64,000 bases of DNA. Origin: Eledone cirrhosa (Eukaryota). This document shows, piece by piece, positions 46,500 to 59,173 of the stretch. The notes below the pieces were generated by a model. It saw nothing but the letters and a program-made list of their open reading frames with translations. It ran no database searches and was not told where the DNA came from. Made by a program: the position numbers and the translations under genes. The DNA lies in NCBI GenBank assembly GCA_964016885.1, contig OZ024749.1, forward strand, positions 49,972,001 to 50,036,000, written 5' to 3'. Every line of letters begins with the position of its first letter. Positions within the stretch are counted from its first letter, which is position 1.

Positions 46500-46850
46500 C
46501 ATTCATCACCTTCATGATCATGATCATGATCATCGTCATCATCAACATCACTATAATCATCATCATCATCATCATGAGCAGCAGCAGCATCGGTGTCATT
46601 ATTATTATCAACGCCTTCATCGCTGTTGTTGACATCGTATCATCGTCGCTGTCATTGTTATCGTCACCACCACCACCACCCTTCTTCTTCTTCTTCTTAT
46701 TATTATTATTCTTATTCTTATTCTTATTCTTCTTATTCTTCTCTCCATAGTTTTTATATTTGTCATTGTTTCTCCGTCTCACCTTCCTTCCACACACTTC
46801 CAAATGTATGTTCCTACCACAACTACTACTACTATTATTATTACTACCTA

Positions 46851-46894
<44 letters not shown>

Positions 46895-46900
46895 TTATAC
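46500..46900. repeat. Compound trinucleotide array (CAT, CTT/ATT, CTA)
   Basis: Direct reading. Confidence 0.85.
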
Positions 46901-47084
46901 TAATAATTGTTTCTACTTTTGGTGTATTACTGGCACTTTAATTTATCGACCCCGTAATAATGATTTCATTTAGTTGGCCAAAATGGAGGACATATAGGGG
47001 ACAATACAAAAGACTGGGACAGTGGGGCTTTACAGAAAAATCGAGTAAACAATATGAATAACAATAAAAAAGTAACAATAACAT

Positions 47085-47779
47085 ACAGATCACAAACTTG
47101 TGACCTAAATAGGCGACCGTTTTAAAACGTGGACAACTTACACTATTTCTGTCTATTTTCCTAATGAATATCCTGTCTATATACGATCTAGATGACTCTA
47201 TGCGGTTAGTCCAGGTCCACACTGGCGCATTAGGGAAAACTAGTCAGTACCTGTCAGAGAGTTGGAACTGGCGGATCAGGTTCTTGATGCTTTTGCACCC
47301 CCGCTTCTATCGGATACTCCCACATAGTCCCAGCATTCGTCTAAGATCACGTTCCAGTCCCCCGCTAACAGTAAAGGGTGACACGTACCGAGAAAGGCTT
47401 CCAGGCGTCTAAAGAAGTCCGGCCGTCCTGCCCCAGTAAGAGCGTAGACGGCCACCAGTCTAAAGGCACCATCTTCGTTATTGTTCACGTCCAGGACCAC
47501 CAACTTCCCGTCCGGGTCCCGGAAGATCGACGTTACCTCGAGATCCAGGCCTTTCCTAAACAACACTGCCAGCCCACCTCCCATTACCAGCCGACTAACA
47601 GATGCTAAGATCTGATAGTCGTAGAAAATGGGGGCTAGTGCGCGCGTCTCCGAAATCCTGGTCTCGCTAACGGCAATAACATCCATTTCTAGAGATCTGA
47701 GGTCGTTGAGCACATGACCCTGCTTCCAGGACGATCCGAGGCCTCGAACATTAAAACTTCCTACTCTTCATACGGCCAT
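47085..47779 (-). pseudogene. AP-endonuclease (APE) domain of LINE ORF2, disrupted
   Basis: MAV*RVGSFNVRGL..DVIAVSETR..GGLAVLFR..DGKLVVLDV..LVAVYA..LLLAGDWNVILD..WTW..SYIDRIF..GHKFV; early stop and frameshift. Confidence 0.85.
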
Positions 47780-47788
47780 GTTGGTAGT

Positions 47789-49301
47789 TTAAATGAGAGA
47801 GAGGTAAGGTTTACTTACCTTCCATAGTTGGTGGGTTTCTTTTGGGAACCCCTTTAAAAGTTTTGAAGTGGGTTTTACGTTCGCAGTTCCCACGTCCCGA
47901 GGAAAGCTGTCTCGTATCTCTTTATATAAATCTAGCGACGTTCGCACTAGAAACAAATCTTCCGGCACGCGAAATGTGCTCGATTTTAAAATTTCCCCTT
48001 CTTTTTGTATATTTTCACTTCGTGCTAGGAGGGCCATCAGTTCCTTGTTGGCCCTCCTGACGTCTACCCTGGGTGGTCACATTTGGTGGTGGTCTTTCTA
48101 TTGGTGTTGTTGTTGGTGGTTTTGCCAGGGATGGTGTTTGTTGTGGTCCTCGCCCCGGCGTAGGCAATAGTGGAGCCCTTCGACTCTTTCAACAATTGAA
48201 GGCAGAAGGCTCGCAAATAGGTTTTTCCCAACAAATAAAACAATGCGGCCTTTTGCCATTGGTCATAATATGAATGACCGTCCCATTCTGAAGGCGGATA
48301 TGGTCCGGGATTGTCTTCACATTCTCGGGCCTGATCTGGAGAAGTATGTCTAGGTCAACCCCCGGACCAGTCCTCTCTGGCCGTTCTTGTCACTTCTATC
48401 GGGACGGTATCGGTCCCCTCCACAATCACACATCCCAGAAGCCACCATATGTCAAGTCCTGGTGGGATTCTGGGAATGCGGAGATGGACCATGCTTTTTC
48501 CCATGAGGGAGGGGTACATTATGACCTTGCTGGTTTTGCAAGGAGTCATAGCGTGTTTTATAGTGAGGGCTTCTGACTTAAACAACACCGAAATGGTGTT
48601 GTACTGTCTGTCCCTCGCTATGTATTTGGTGTTATCTCTGATGCACCTCAGCGCGGCTTCGACATCTGCTTGTGGAATTAAAGCTGCCCTTTTGGTCTGT
48701 GCTGAGATGCATCTATAATGCAGCGTTCTGCGCTCCACTGCCTCAATAGCTTCTACCGGGACAGTTAAGTTGGCCCAGGTTTGCTCATGCTTGATGAGCT
48801 TCCAGGCCTGGGCCAATTTTTCATCTTTGTTTGAGAGGTCCCTGTTGAAGCATGGCCTCATTTTGCCGCTGCTGCAGCGAAAGTGTTCTTCTTCTTTTCG
48901 TTGGGGATGTTGTTGTTGTTGTCGTTGTTCTTGTTGGTGTGTTATCACTGTCGCTGTTATGATTGTTATCTTTGGTGCCGCAGTCGTTCTCGGTGCAATT
49001 GGTATTGTTGCTGTTGGTGGTGTTGCTATTTGTTTTCATGTTAGTGGTGTCGATAGTGTTGACGCATGTGTTGTTATATTTTCTGTTATCTGTATTTTCG
49101 TTGTCGCTGTTACTGTCATTTTTTTTCAAATTAGAGTTCTCAGTGTTGTCATCATTGCTATCTTTGTTCACTTTGTTTGTGGTCGTGTTTGTTGTATCAA
49201 TTTCTATTAAATTCGCCGTAGCGCTCCTCTCAACTTTTACGTCGTTGTCGCACGACAGCAGATATATCGTTTGGGCGGTTTGGGTGGCGTGGCTCAGCCA
49301 T
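47789..49301 (-). pseudogene. LINE ORF1-like, frameshifted, with N/T-rich N-terminus and a degenerate zinc knuckle
   Basis: ORF pieces 48821-49171, 48355-48948 and 47789-48037; RPHCFICWEK then frameshifted YLRAFC near 48250-48200 resembles CX2CX4HX4C. Confidence 0.6.
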
Positions 49302-49485
49302 GTTTTTTTTTTGTTTTTTCTTCTCGATAATTTTTAAAAGGCCCACATATTATAATTTCCCCTTCACAGGGAAAAGTCCAAAGGCTTGTATGCCTTACAC
49401 AACAACAACAAAAAGTCAATAAATAAGTTTTGACAGGTAAATAAATAACCTTACGAGAGCGAGGAAACAGACGTCCGTTCCACTC

Positions 49486-49516
<31 letters not shown>

Positions 49517-49859
49517 GTGGCCTGTCCATTCGACACGAGAGTGCAAGAGAAGAAGAGGGAGAGAAAATTAACCGATACCAGGACTTACAGTGGGTGCTAA
49601 AAAGGATTTGGAACTGCCATGAAGTCAAAGTGGTCCCGATTGTCATAGGCGCACTAGATACTATCTCAAAAAGATTCCAGGGATGGTTAAAGAAAGTTGG
49701 CTCCGTCACGTCTTTTGGAACGTTTCAAAAGGCATGCTTGCTGGGAACAGCAAGAACCCTCCGATACGTCCTGAATATATGAGGTTGCAGGTAGTTGCTT
49801 GATATTCATTTTAACAAACTTTCCAGTTAATTAACATCAATGACTGAGACTCAAAGAAC

Positions 49860-49860
<1 letters not shown>
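49517..49860 (+). mobile_element. R4/Dong-like RLE non-LTR retrotransposon 3' end, copy 1
   Basis: ACPFD..EEGEKINRYQDL..KRIW..VKVVPIVIGAL..QKACLLGTARTLRYVL*; flanked by (TAA)n, the known Dong target. Confidence 0.8.
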
Positions 49861-49892
<32 letters not shown>

Positions 49893-49899
49893 AATAATA

Positions 49900-50240
49900 G
49901 CCTGCCCATTCGACACAAGAGTGAAAGAGAAGGAGAGGGAGAAAATTAACCGATACCAGGACTTAAAGTGGGAGTTAAAAAGGATTTGGAACTGCGATGA
50001 TGTCAAATTGGTCCCGATTGTCATAGGCGCACTACGTACTATCTCAAAGAGTTTCCAAGGGTGGTTAAAGAAAATTGGTCCAGCCCCGCTTTTCGGAACA
50101 CTTCAAAAGGCATGCTTGCTGGGAACAGCAAGAACCCTCCAATACGTACTGAATATATGAGGCTGCAAGTAGTGGCTTGATATTCATTTCAACAAAATTT
50201 CCAGGTAATTAACATCAATGACTGAGACTCAAAGAACAAT
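49900..50240 (+). mobile_element. R4/Dong-like RLE 3' end, copy 2
   Basis: ACPFDTRVKEKEREKINRYQDLKWELKRIW..VPIVIGAL..QKACLLGTARTLQYVLNI*; (TAA)n both sides. Confidence 0.8.
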
Positions 50241-50406
50241 AATAATAATAATAATATAAACTCTGATTCTATGTTAATTCTGATAATTAATTATATACAT
50301 TCAAAATTAAATTAAATTAATTTAAGGGTGTCATGTCGGAGAGACATGCGCCATATCCACTGTAGAATATGCTCCAAGATTCCAATGCATAGATCCGAGC
50401 ATTTTA

Positions 50407-50667
50407 TATCAACTGTAAATTGATTGACATATACATATATATATATCTAAAATAAACATATGAAACAATCACAGGGAATAATTTGTAAAAGTGTGTAAGC
50501 ACACATAGCTATGTAGTTAACTAATTAAAGTGTAACTAGAACTTTAAAAATAGATACCTTATAAATAGATTAATACAAAGTTCTAGTTAAACTTTAATTA
50601 GTTACCTACATAGCTATGTGTGCTTACACACCCTTACAAATTAGTTCCTGTGATTGTTTCATATGTT

Positions 50668-50703
<36 letters not shown>

Positions 50704-50721
50704 ATCAATTTCTAGTTGATA
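50407..50721. repeat. Imperfect palindrome (arms 50407-50545 and 50577-50721), no HHR seen
   Basis: AAGCACACATAGCTATGTAG..AACTAGAACTTT inverted against AAAGTTCTAGTT..CTACATAGCTATGTGTGCTT; both arms contain a (TA)n tract. Confidence 0.85.
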
Positions 50722-51016
50722 ATTAATTATTGTAATTTTATAGCTTTACTAGCCATGCAGAAAAATACATTCACTTTATCAATAGCAAGGTCGATAAAAA
50801 GAATAATTGATACAAAACAATATTGTTGAATAGCATGTAGGAATGATAGGTAAAATCTTCATATCACATATACTATTTTCAGAAAAAGACCTGGATTTCA
50901 AAATGCTATTGTTATGAAGTGCAGCAATATATTTATTACATACGATGCTATGCAGTGCGATGGTATTGGAATTGTAATGATTCTCTATACATCAGCTATA
51001 ATATAAGTCTAGATAA

Positions 51017-51930
51017 TCTCTATATATAAAACTGAGGTTGTCTGTCTGTCTGTCAACTAAAACGGTCGGCATACATCTCCTCCTAAACCGTAGGTTCAAA
51101 TTTCGGTGAAATTGCTACACTTATAGATGAATGTCCGGCGGAGACATCGGTCAAAAAAAAATTTCAAATCGACCCACGCCAAGTGCAAACATCGAATTTG
51201 TAATGTATTGATTCTTCAGTTGAAATGTATAAATAGAGATGGGAGACGAGTTGTTTCCCTTTTATGGCGTCATTCTCTGTATCTATTTACGTTACGAATA
51301 AACGACGCGTGCAAAAGTACAAAAATAAGCGAACAGTTTTCGGCCCAGCAAAATTTTAACCTGCAAAATTCATGAGTTCGAACTTTCAGCATTAAGCTTC
51401 CATTTTGTTTCATTTCCATTAAAAAGTCTTTTAAAACAATATTTTTACTTGAAAACCAGCCTATTTGAATACACCGTAAAACAACTAAATATTTTGTAAA
51501 ACATATCATTGATCTCGAATAAAGCCTTATGAGATGTTCATTTAGAAGCAATGATTTTAAACGACAGACAGATAACGCATTTCTTTTTTCCATGTCCATC
51601 CAATTTCTTTGTTTCAAAATAACTGATAGTTTGGTTACGGTGATGTTTTTCTCTGAGGCAAGTGTTTCAGTGTTTACATTTTCGATATTTGTTAATAGAT
51701 TACCAGTGCAGTTTTTACCCCAGGATGCTCTTTCGTTTTAACATTCGGGTTATGTATATGTTTTCTTAAATTCATAAGGCATACTGTCGGTTCAACGAAT
51801 ATTAATCAAAAGTACCGCATGAAAGTCTACACTGTAGACTCTACAGTTTTTAAGCCAAGAAAGGAACTTAACATTGTAACTTTAACATAGCTACTGAGCA
51901 GCCCCGAGCAACGCCGGGCTTTACTACTAG
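51017..51930 (+). mobile_element. Non-autonomous Helitron
   Basis: 5' TC(TC)TATATATAAAA..(GTCT)n; 3' GC-rich hairpin GCCCCGAGCAACGCCGGGC then CTAG; sits between A and T without a TSD. Confidence 0.8.
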
Positions 51931-52023
51931 TCTACGATAAATAAGGGGATAATTATAAAGATGATGACTAGGAGGTGACCGATGACGATGATGATGACCA
52001 CATCAATGATGATGATAATGAGA

Positions 52024-52059
<36 letters not shown>

Positions 52060-52373
52060 GTGATAACGGTGGTGAGGATTATTGTGCTAAAAATGGCGAT
52101 AATGAAGCCAATGTGATGGCTTTGGGACCATATTAATGAGAGACATGATTCGAGAAGTGTTATCTATATAATAGTTATTTCTAATATACGAACTAATTAG
52201 TTAAATTAATTCGACAAATTTATTAATTAAATAGTCAAATTGATTAATTAATAATTCAAACTAATTAATTTCACAACTTGATTTGTAGTCAATCTATTGT
52301 TCTGAGAAAGGTGCAAGGCAAAACTGATCTCTGTTAACATCTGCACTAAACCATACATATATATATATATATA

Positions 52374-52419
<46 letters not shown>

Positions 52420-52420
<1 letters not shown>

Positions 52421-52823
52421 GGCGATGAATTTGTTTTGGAAGGTTTTTAATATGAAGTCGTGTCGAAACGAATATTGTTTTACTTGGGGATGCTCATACT
52501 GTTGTAATAATATTGCCAGAAATAATAAGAGACCACACTCACTGTTTGGTTGGTTTTCGGTTCTGTATCTTGTATATCTCCAGTTAATTCATTTGCCCAT
52601 CAATGTTTATCATTAACTGACCAGCGTTCAAACATACAGATATAAAACATATATATAGTCTAAGAAAATTCTTTCGTTGCACATCTGCAACATCATCAGT
52701 GGTAATATTATCAGGTTTCCCCTGCTGTATTGTATGTATTGTAGTGTCTACGCCATTTTTATGAGTGTGTTCTGTTATTATTTCTGGCAATACTATTACA
52801 ACAATGCGACCCTCCCCAACTAT

Positions 52824-52830
<7 letters not shown>
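52420..52830 (-). mobile_element. Family D2 element (PLE 3'UTR derivative) with short inverted arm
   Basis: 52472-52760 is the reverse complement of 41365-41660; inverted arm 52763-52830; ~50 bp tail; (TA)n both sides. Confidence 0.85.
52661..52704 (-). ncRNA. Hammerhead motif, family D2, stem I decayed
   Basis: Minus strand TACCA-CTGATGA-tGTTGCA gatg TGCAAC-GAAA-GAAT-TT-TCTTA. Confidence 0.62.
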
Positions 52831-52885
<55 letters not shown>

Positions 52886-52892
52886 CTGTGTG

Positions 52893-52982
<90 letters not shown>

Positions 52983-54177
52983 AGTGTGTGTATGTGTTTG
53001 TGTGTGTGTGTATGTGTGTGTATATATACATACATATGCGCGTGCATGGGTGTACTTGATGATGTTGGTCTGGGTGTGCGTGTGTATGTGTGGATTGGGT
53101 TTCGAATAGACTCATAGCTGATTGCCGGGCCCAGGTTGGGTCATTTCAGGTTCTTGTATTTGTTAATGAGCTTAGCTTCAGAGTGTATCTGTATAGTTGT
53201 CAGATTTCTAAGGGGAAATACTCAGTGGCTCTTTCAAATGGTTTTACTGTTTAAGATTTAGCGATATTCTATAGTTAATGCCATCCCTGTGTAACCTCAG
53301 TAGAAAGATGTTTTAGGATGAACTTGTGCCATAGTGTGTATAAGAGCTGTAGCCGTTGGCAGTACCGCAAACTACTGTTACTGAATATAACTTGCTCTTT
53401 GTTACACATACACGTGTTATTGTGCTGACGCTATTCATTAATTTTTTTCTTTACAATGTAAGTAAGGTTCATTATTTTGGATGTAAACGCCGTTTATCAA
53501 AATCACACAGAGTTTGCTATCAGTTTGTTCCAGAAACAAATTCAGCTATTTGATATCTGAAGCATACATAGTGAAATACTTGTAGGGCATCACTGAAGCA
53601 CAAAAGTGAATGCACAATGGCAGAAAAAAATAAATGTAAGCAAGAAATCATAAAAGACAACACGAAATCGAATAATAGGAAGACAATTACAAATTCATGA
53701 CATTTCAATATTATTTCACATATCTCTGCGAAAGAATATATGTTTTATCCAAACCACGTTTTTCTTATACAGACTTTACAATTTTATGTTTTGAAATGAA
53801 AAAAATATTTGTCCGAAATTATACCAATAAATAATAATAGCAATGATAGATATAATAATTTCCTTTTGTCCACAAGAAAGCATATATACAATACACACCA
53901 GGAAAAACATATTCAAAACACTACGTGAAGGAATATGTGTGAACAGATGTTCAAGAATACACGTATAACATTTTTTTTTTATTTTCAGAGTTTCGGTCAA
54001 TGAATAAAATTAGTATATTTCTACTACAGCATTGATTATGTTTATGAAGTAAGGTATCTCATATTGCCGTGGGTCCTAATTTATTGTGCAAGACCTGAAC
54101 AAAGTGTAAAGCATACATAACGTTTCCATATATATGTATATATATTTATGTATATATATATATACATACATACATAC

Positions 54178-54226
<49 letters not shown>

Positions 54227-54229
54227 CAC

Positions 54230-54301
<72 letters not shown>

Positions 54302-54752
54302 GACCGCTGAAGTTCGCAGAGTGTATATATAGTGTGACAATAAGAAGTCAGATTTCCAGATGTGATGTAAACGAATATATATGATGGGTGCTTATGTGCA
54401 TATTTGCGTGCGTGCTTGTGTGTATGTTTGTACATATCCGATAAGACAACGAAGAGAAACTACATAGAAATAAATATATTCCAATGATAATATTCACCAT
54501 AATTCACTACATCCAGCCACGTTACTGGTTCGATGCCTTACTAATTTGATACCTTCTCCACAGTTTAACTTTCCAACTCATCATCCTGCTTGAACTCATA
54601 TTTTGACAAATCGTAATATATGTTATCGAAACAAAGTTTTCTCTGCCCTCGAACAAGTATTCCTCAATTCATATCGATTCCCCTTGTTGTTTGACATGGT
54701 AGTTTCTCCACCCCACCAAAGTGGTGATCTTGTGCCTAAATAAGAATATATG

Positions 54753-54814
<62 letters not shown>

Positions 54815-55694
54815 CAACACCACTACTACTGCTACTACTACTACTGCTATTACTACTACTACTATTACTATTAATATATGGCAAGAAAATCTAAGATGAG
54901 ACAAACTATTTGAATGAAACACAAGCGTAAAAAAGAAAAGGTTTTTTAATATATTCGATATTCCTACACTTGGTATTAATGTTGAAAGAATGCTGGATAT
55001 TAATGTTCTTGCTTCATTAGACGTAACCTGGAACTCTGCAATCTGTGTTACGGTGTATGTTATATTAACTTTATTGAATTTAAACCTAGAAAACGATAAT
55101 CCATGTTTCAATCTTCGTAAATATGTTATCCTATTGCAGTCATAAATCTGATTTATGAATGCAGTGGCGTTAAAAATTCAGATTTTATCAATCTCATATC
55201 GAAACGGCTGAAGATTAAATTTCTCCTAAATCTCTACACAGAAAATAATGAAGTTTCTGAAATATATATATTCTGCACATAGGGAATCTCCACATGGCTA
55301 CTCGACAGTCTAGAATAAGGCCAAGATATCTTCATCTAATGCGCATATATTTAAATGAATAACTAAAATTACATAATGTATCTCTATATACACGCTAGAG
55401 GTAGTTCTATTTTAACGATTTATATAATAAATCTGCTAAAATATAGATTAGTTGGAGTATATAGCAGCAGTATGGACAGCATATATATATAGAGAGAATA
55501 AAGCAACATATTGTACAGCTTGTGCATGCATAAGATTCTACATTTAAAATGTTATTAGATATTTACTTATTAGAAACACATTTGTGGTGAAATCCAAGAC
55601 GCCGGGTTAAATAATACTATACATATAATCTGAAAATGCAGCCCTCTTTATAATTCTTGTCCTGAAAATTTGGTTAGGATGAATGATGGGTTTG

Positions 55695-55781
<87 letters not shown>

Positions 55782-55811
55782 AGATTAAAAGATGGTTAAA
55801 ATAGTTCCAAA

Positions 55812-55882
55812 TATTTTATTATGCGCATTTCAAAAACAAATATCATCATGGAATGATATCTGCATTCTCATCAGGTAAAATA
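55812..55882 (-). ncRNA. Type-I hammerhead (left arm)
   Basis: Minus strand TATTTTAC-CTGATGA-GAATGCAGATATCAT..ATGATATTTGTTTTT-GAAA-TGCGCA-TA-ATAAAATA. Confidence 0.8.
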
Positions 55883-55942
55883 TATGTTGATTTAAAACTT
55901 CACTGCTCACAAGTGTTGTTTAAGCTTCATATCATGTCTACC

Positions 55943-56013
55943 TATTTTATCTGATGAGAACGCAGATATCATTCCATGATGATATTTGTTTTTGAAATGC
56001 GCATAATAAAATA
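55943..56013 (+). ncRNA. Type-I hammerhead, best-preserved copy
   Basis: TATTTTAT-CTGATGA(55951)-GAAcGCAGATATCAT..ATGATATTTGTTTTT-GAAA(55994)-TGCGCA-TA-ATAAAATA; perfect 8-bp stem I, palindromic ATGCGCAT. Confidence 0.88.
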
Positions 56014-56799
56014 CTTGGAACTATTTTAACCCTCTTTTGATCTTATATTATTTATACTCCAGTCCTACAAACTGTAGAGTGCTACTTATCCGATATTTGC
56101 ATTGCTTTATTGTGTTACAATAAAACTCTCCTCCTACACACACACATATATATGTATATATATATATATATATATACACACTGTAGTATTGAAGTTTCCG
56201 TTGAAAATTGAAAAAAGTCATAGGAGTGAAGTGTGCTCTATGTAAGTTACAGAGCTAAATTATATATATATATATTGGTCTCATTATGAAATATTATTGT
56301 CCCGCATGTAATCATCATTTTCTATATGCCCCAAATAAGGGTTCCTGAGACGAAATACACAATTAATTGGATTATTTTCCTGTTTATGGGTATAATGTAG
56401 GCCCTATTTACCGATCACAAAGTTGTGGTTCGTGGAAAACAATCTGTTCCACAATTTACGAGATATACAATATGTATATATATATTCGTTCGCATAGTCA
56501 ATGTTACCCCCTACCCCGATAGGATGCAGACAGGTGGATACATTTTAACATTAGTCGTCTGCGTGATAACAACTTGATTTTTTTTTAACATTTTCATCCG
56601 TTCAGCTGTATGTAGCTGATGTCAGAATACACCTAAAACACACTGTACTCTGAAAGATCAATATAAAAAAAAACTAGATAGAATATTCTCCCAATTCACG
56701 CAACGAGGCAATGTTCAGGTACTTGGCTATAAAATAATAACGTTAACTCTACAATAATAATCCGGTAGGGAAATACTATATTTAAAATAGAAATACGAG

Positions 56800-57350
56800 A
56801 GGCAAGTCTAAATAGGTGTCTCTATAAACAAAGAAATGATACAATATAAACAAGAAGTGAAGTACCCTGGAACAACAGAACATATATAGACAACAATAAA
56901 ATATCTGATATTGCAAAGGAACAGAGACCAGTAGTAAAATGGAATTGCAGAATACATTAAGAATGAAATGGAGACAAAAATCACTTCACAGAAAATACCC
57001 CGCAAGGCTTAACAACGGTTTAAGATGGACTGCAAGTCAATACAACTTCAACGCTAAATGTAGAAACAGAATGACTGTGTTTAGATGCGGAAGGCCAATG
57101 GGTGTCTACTGACAATTACAGAAATAAAGTAATGAAAAGAGATGCTAACATCGACCCATGGACTGAATACATACTGAAAATAGCTCACTGAAAATAGAAC
57201 AATACAAACATGGAAACTAAACAAGAAAAATACGGAAAAAGGTAACCCATGGAAATACGTTGAAAGCTTATCAACAATAAACATCCAATAGAATATATTT
57301 AAGATTCAACACACAACCAGACTTCTAATACATGCAATGAATGGGCCTTA
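56800..57350 (+). pseudogene. Degenerate R4/Dong-like ORF fragment
   Basis: KWRQKSLHRKYP (56966) and LNVETE*LCLDAEGQWVSTDNYRNKVMK..DP resemble WxxKxLHGxY and LKxETEGxIxAAQDQxLxTxNY; boundaries approximate. Confidence 0.6.
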
Positions 57351-57520
57351 AAATCACAATGAACACATCAACAAAGCATTACAAACACACACTTTTGTTC
57401 AATGGTTTACTTGAATACATAATAGGGCAGAAATTAGATACGACAATAGAAAACATCAGGCAAATATAGAGGCGTGACGAAAATATGCCCTCTGCCACAT
57501 ATAAGATATATGTATATATA

Positions 57521-57733
57521 GTAATAATAATATGTGAAGACTAAAATCCAAAGAGTGCTCGATAAGGATAGACATATATCAAATATATAAGAACCCTAGG
57601 GCCAATTTTTATTAAAATAACAGATGAAAGTTTAAGCACAGCATCGCTGCTTTCACCGTTACCGGCATCTTCAGAAGATCCCGTTAAGGGTGAAAGCAGC
57701 GATTATTTGCTGAAACATTAATCTGTTATTTTA

Positions 57734-57740
<7 letters not shown>
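57521..57740 (-). mobile_element. Family I palindrome 57608-57738 plus ~85 bp tail
   Basis: Axis TCTTC-a57673-GAAGA; HHR-like C(T/A)GAAGA-TCCCGTTAAGGGT-GAAA-GCAGC; further tail copy at 59012-59118. Confidence 0.8.
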
Positions 57741-57800
<60 letters not shown>

Positions 57801-58925
57801 TATAAAAAACACAATGAATACAAATGTAATCGATTAACTATGATGATGTGTCCATAGACTTTCTAAATATCTAAAACGTAATACTATGGATAGTGCCATG
57901 AAATACTTTTCAGCTTTAAATCAATAATCTTTTCCCAGAAGAAAAATAAACCAAACAACTTAAACCTATGTTTGAAATCATTGCGATAGACCTCACATAT
58001 ATCAGCAATCTGAATGATATAATCTATTTAATGACGTTGATAACAAGGGATTCTGGGGTTGAAACTTATTAGGCCTGCATTCGTCACTCAGAGACTCATA
58101 GAAAAGACGAAAGAATATTACACTTGAAACAGAAACGTAGTTATCAATCTAGATTAAGCAAAAAGAGGAATTCACATAAAGTTGAGGAAAAAGATCCAGT
58201 ATTAGAATTTGAAACAATTAATCTTTGCAGATTCTAAATGTTTTCGAACAAGCCTGTCGACTAAATCAAGTTAGTTAATATCCCCAGAATAAGATCTAAC
58301 AATGTTTTATAATATAAAATATCCTAGTGAGGACAACAATATATAATCCAGAATATTTCATTGTGAATATTAAACATAATCAATTAGCGAAAATCACAAC
58401 CTCAATAGAATCATACATTGTGAGATTGAAACAAAACATTTCGATTATTAAAGTCAGCAAGTATATGGATTGCACGATATTCAAAAGATCTCTTACATCA
58501 GGAAATATGACTTGACCATCTATGCTGCGATGATAGCCTCCAGTTACAGTGAACTGTTTTTCAACAATTATTTTATGAAATAAAAGTAAAACGGATTGCA
58601 GAAAGGAAAGGCATATACACTTCTGCAAAGCATATTTAACACCAGTTTGAAGTCTGCTGAAACTCTAACGGCTGTGTGCTCTCACCTGCACACATAAAAT
58701 CATCTGGCAAAACGGAGTGTTTTGATGACGAACTTGTGCTTGCACAGTTGATTCTCCGAATTAACAACGCTCACAATTGAGTTTTAATAAATTAATATTT
58801 AAACTCAATTCCGTTATCAAGTACTCATTCTCATGCCCGTCAATATCACCCCCCCACACACACACACACATGCCACACACACATATCCATACACACATCT
58901 ATATATATAGTTATACATACACGCG

Positions 58926-58979
<54 letters not shown>

Positions 58980-59116
58980 GATCTATTCAGCCCTGTGTAT
59001 TTATATATGTAGTAATAATAACAAATGTGAAGACTAAAATCCAAAGAGGGATCGATAAGGATAAATATATATCAAATATATAAGAACCCTTGAGCAAATA
59101 TTAATATGTTATTTTA

Positions 59117-59173
<57 letters not shown>

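Larger units (their letters stand above)
46958..49485 (-). mobile_element. L1/Tx1-like LINE with 5'UTR, ORF1 and APE domain but no RT
   Basis: Disrupted ORF1 ~49301-47789 and ORF2 start at 47779; short T-rich segment follows the APE domain and joins a SINE fragment at 46901-46957. Confidence 0.75.
55775..56135 (+). mobile_element. HHR element (family A-related): arms 55775-55882 and 55943-56050 plus ~85 bp tail
   Basis: Near-identical inverted arms with 60 bp spacer; tail shares AAACTGTAGAGTGCT with 5574-5588. Confidence 0.88.

Noticed and set aside
51127-51741. ORFs inside the Helitron as Rep/helicase or captured gene
   Set aside because: Short, with no HUH or helicase motifs seen
53115-53360. 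Possible second GIY-YIG C-terminal remnant on minus (HSEAKLINKY..PNL)
   Set aside because: Too short and degenerate to support without a profile search
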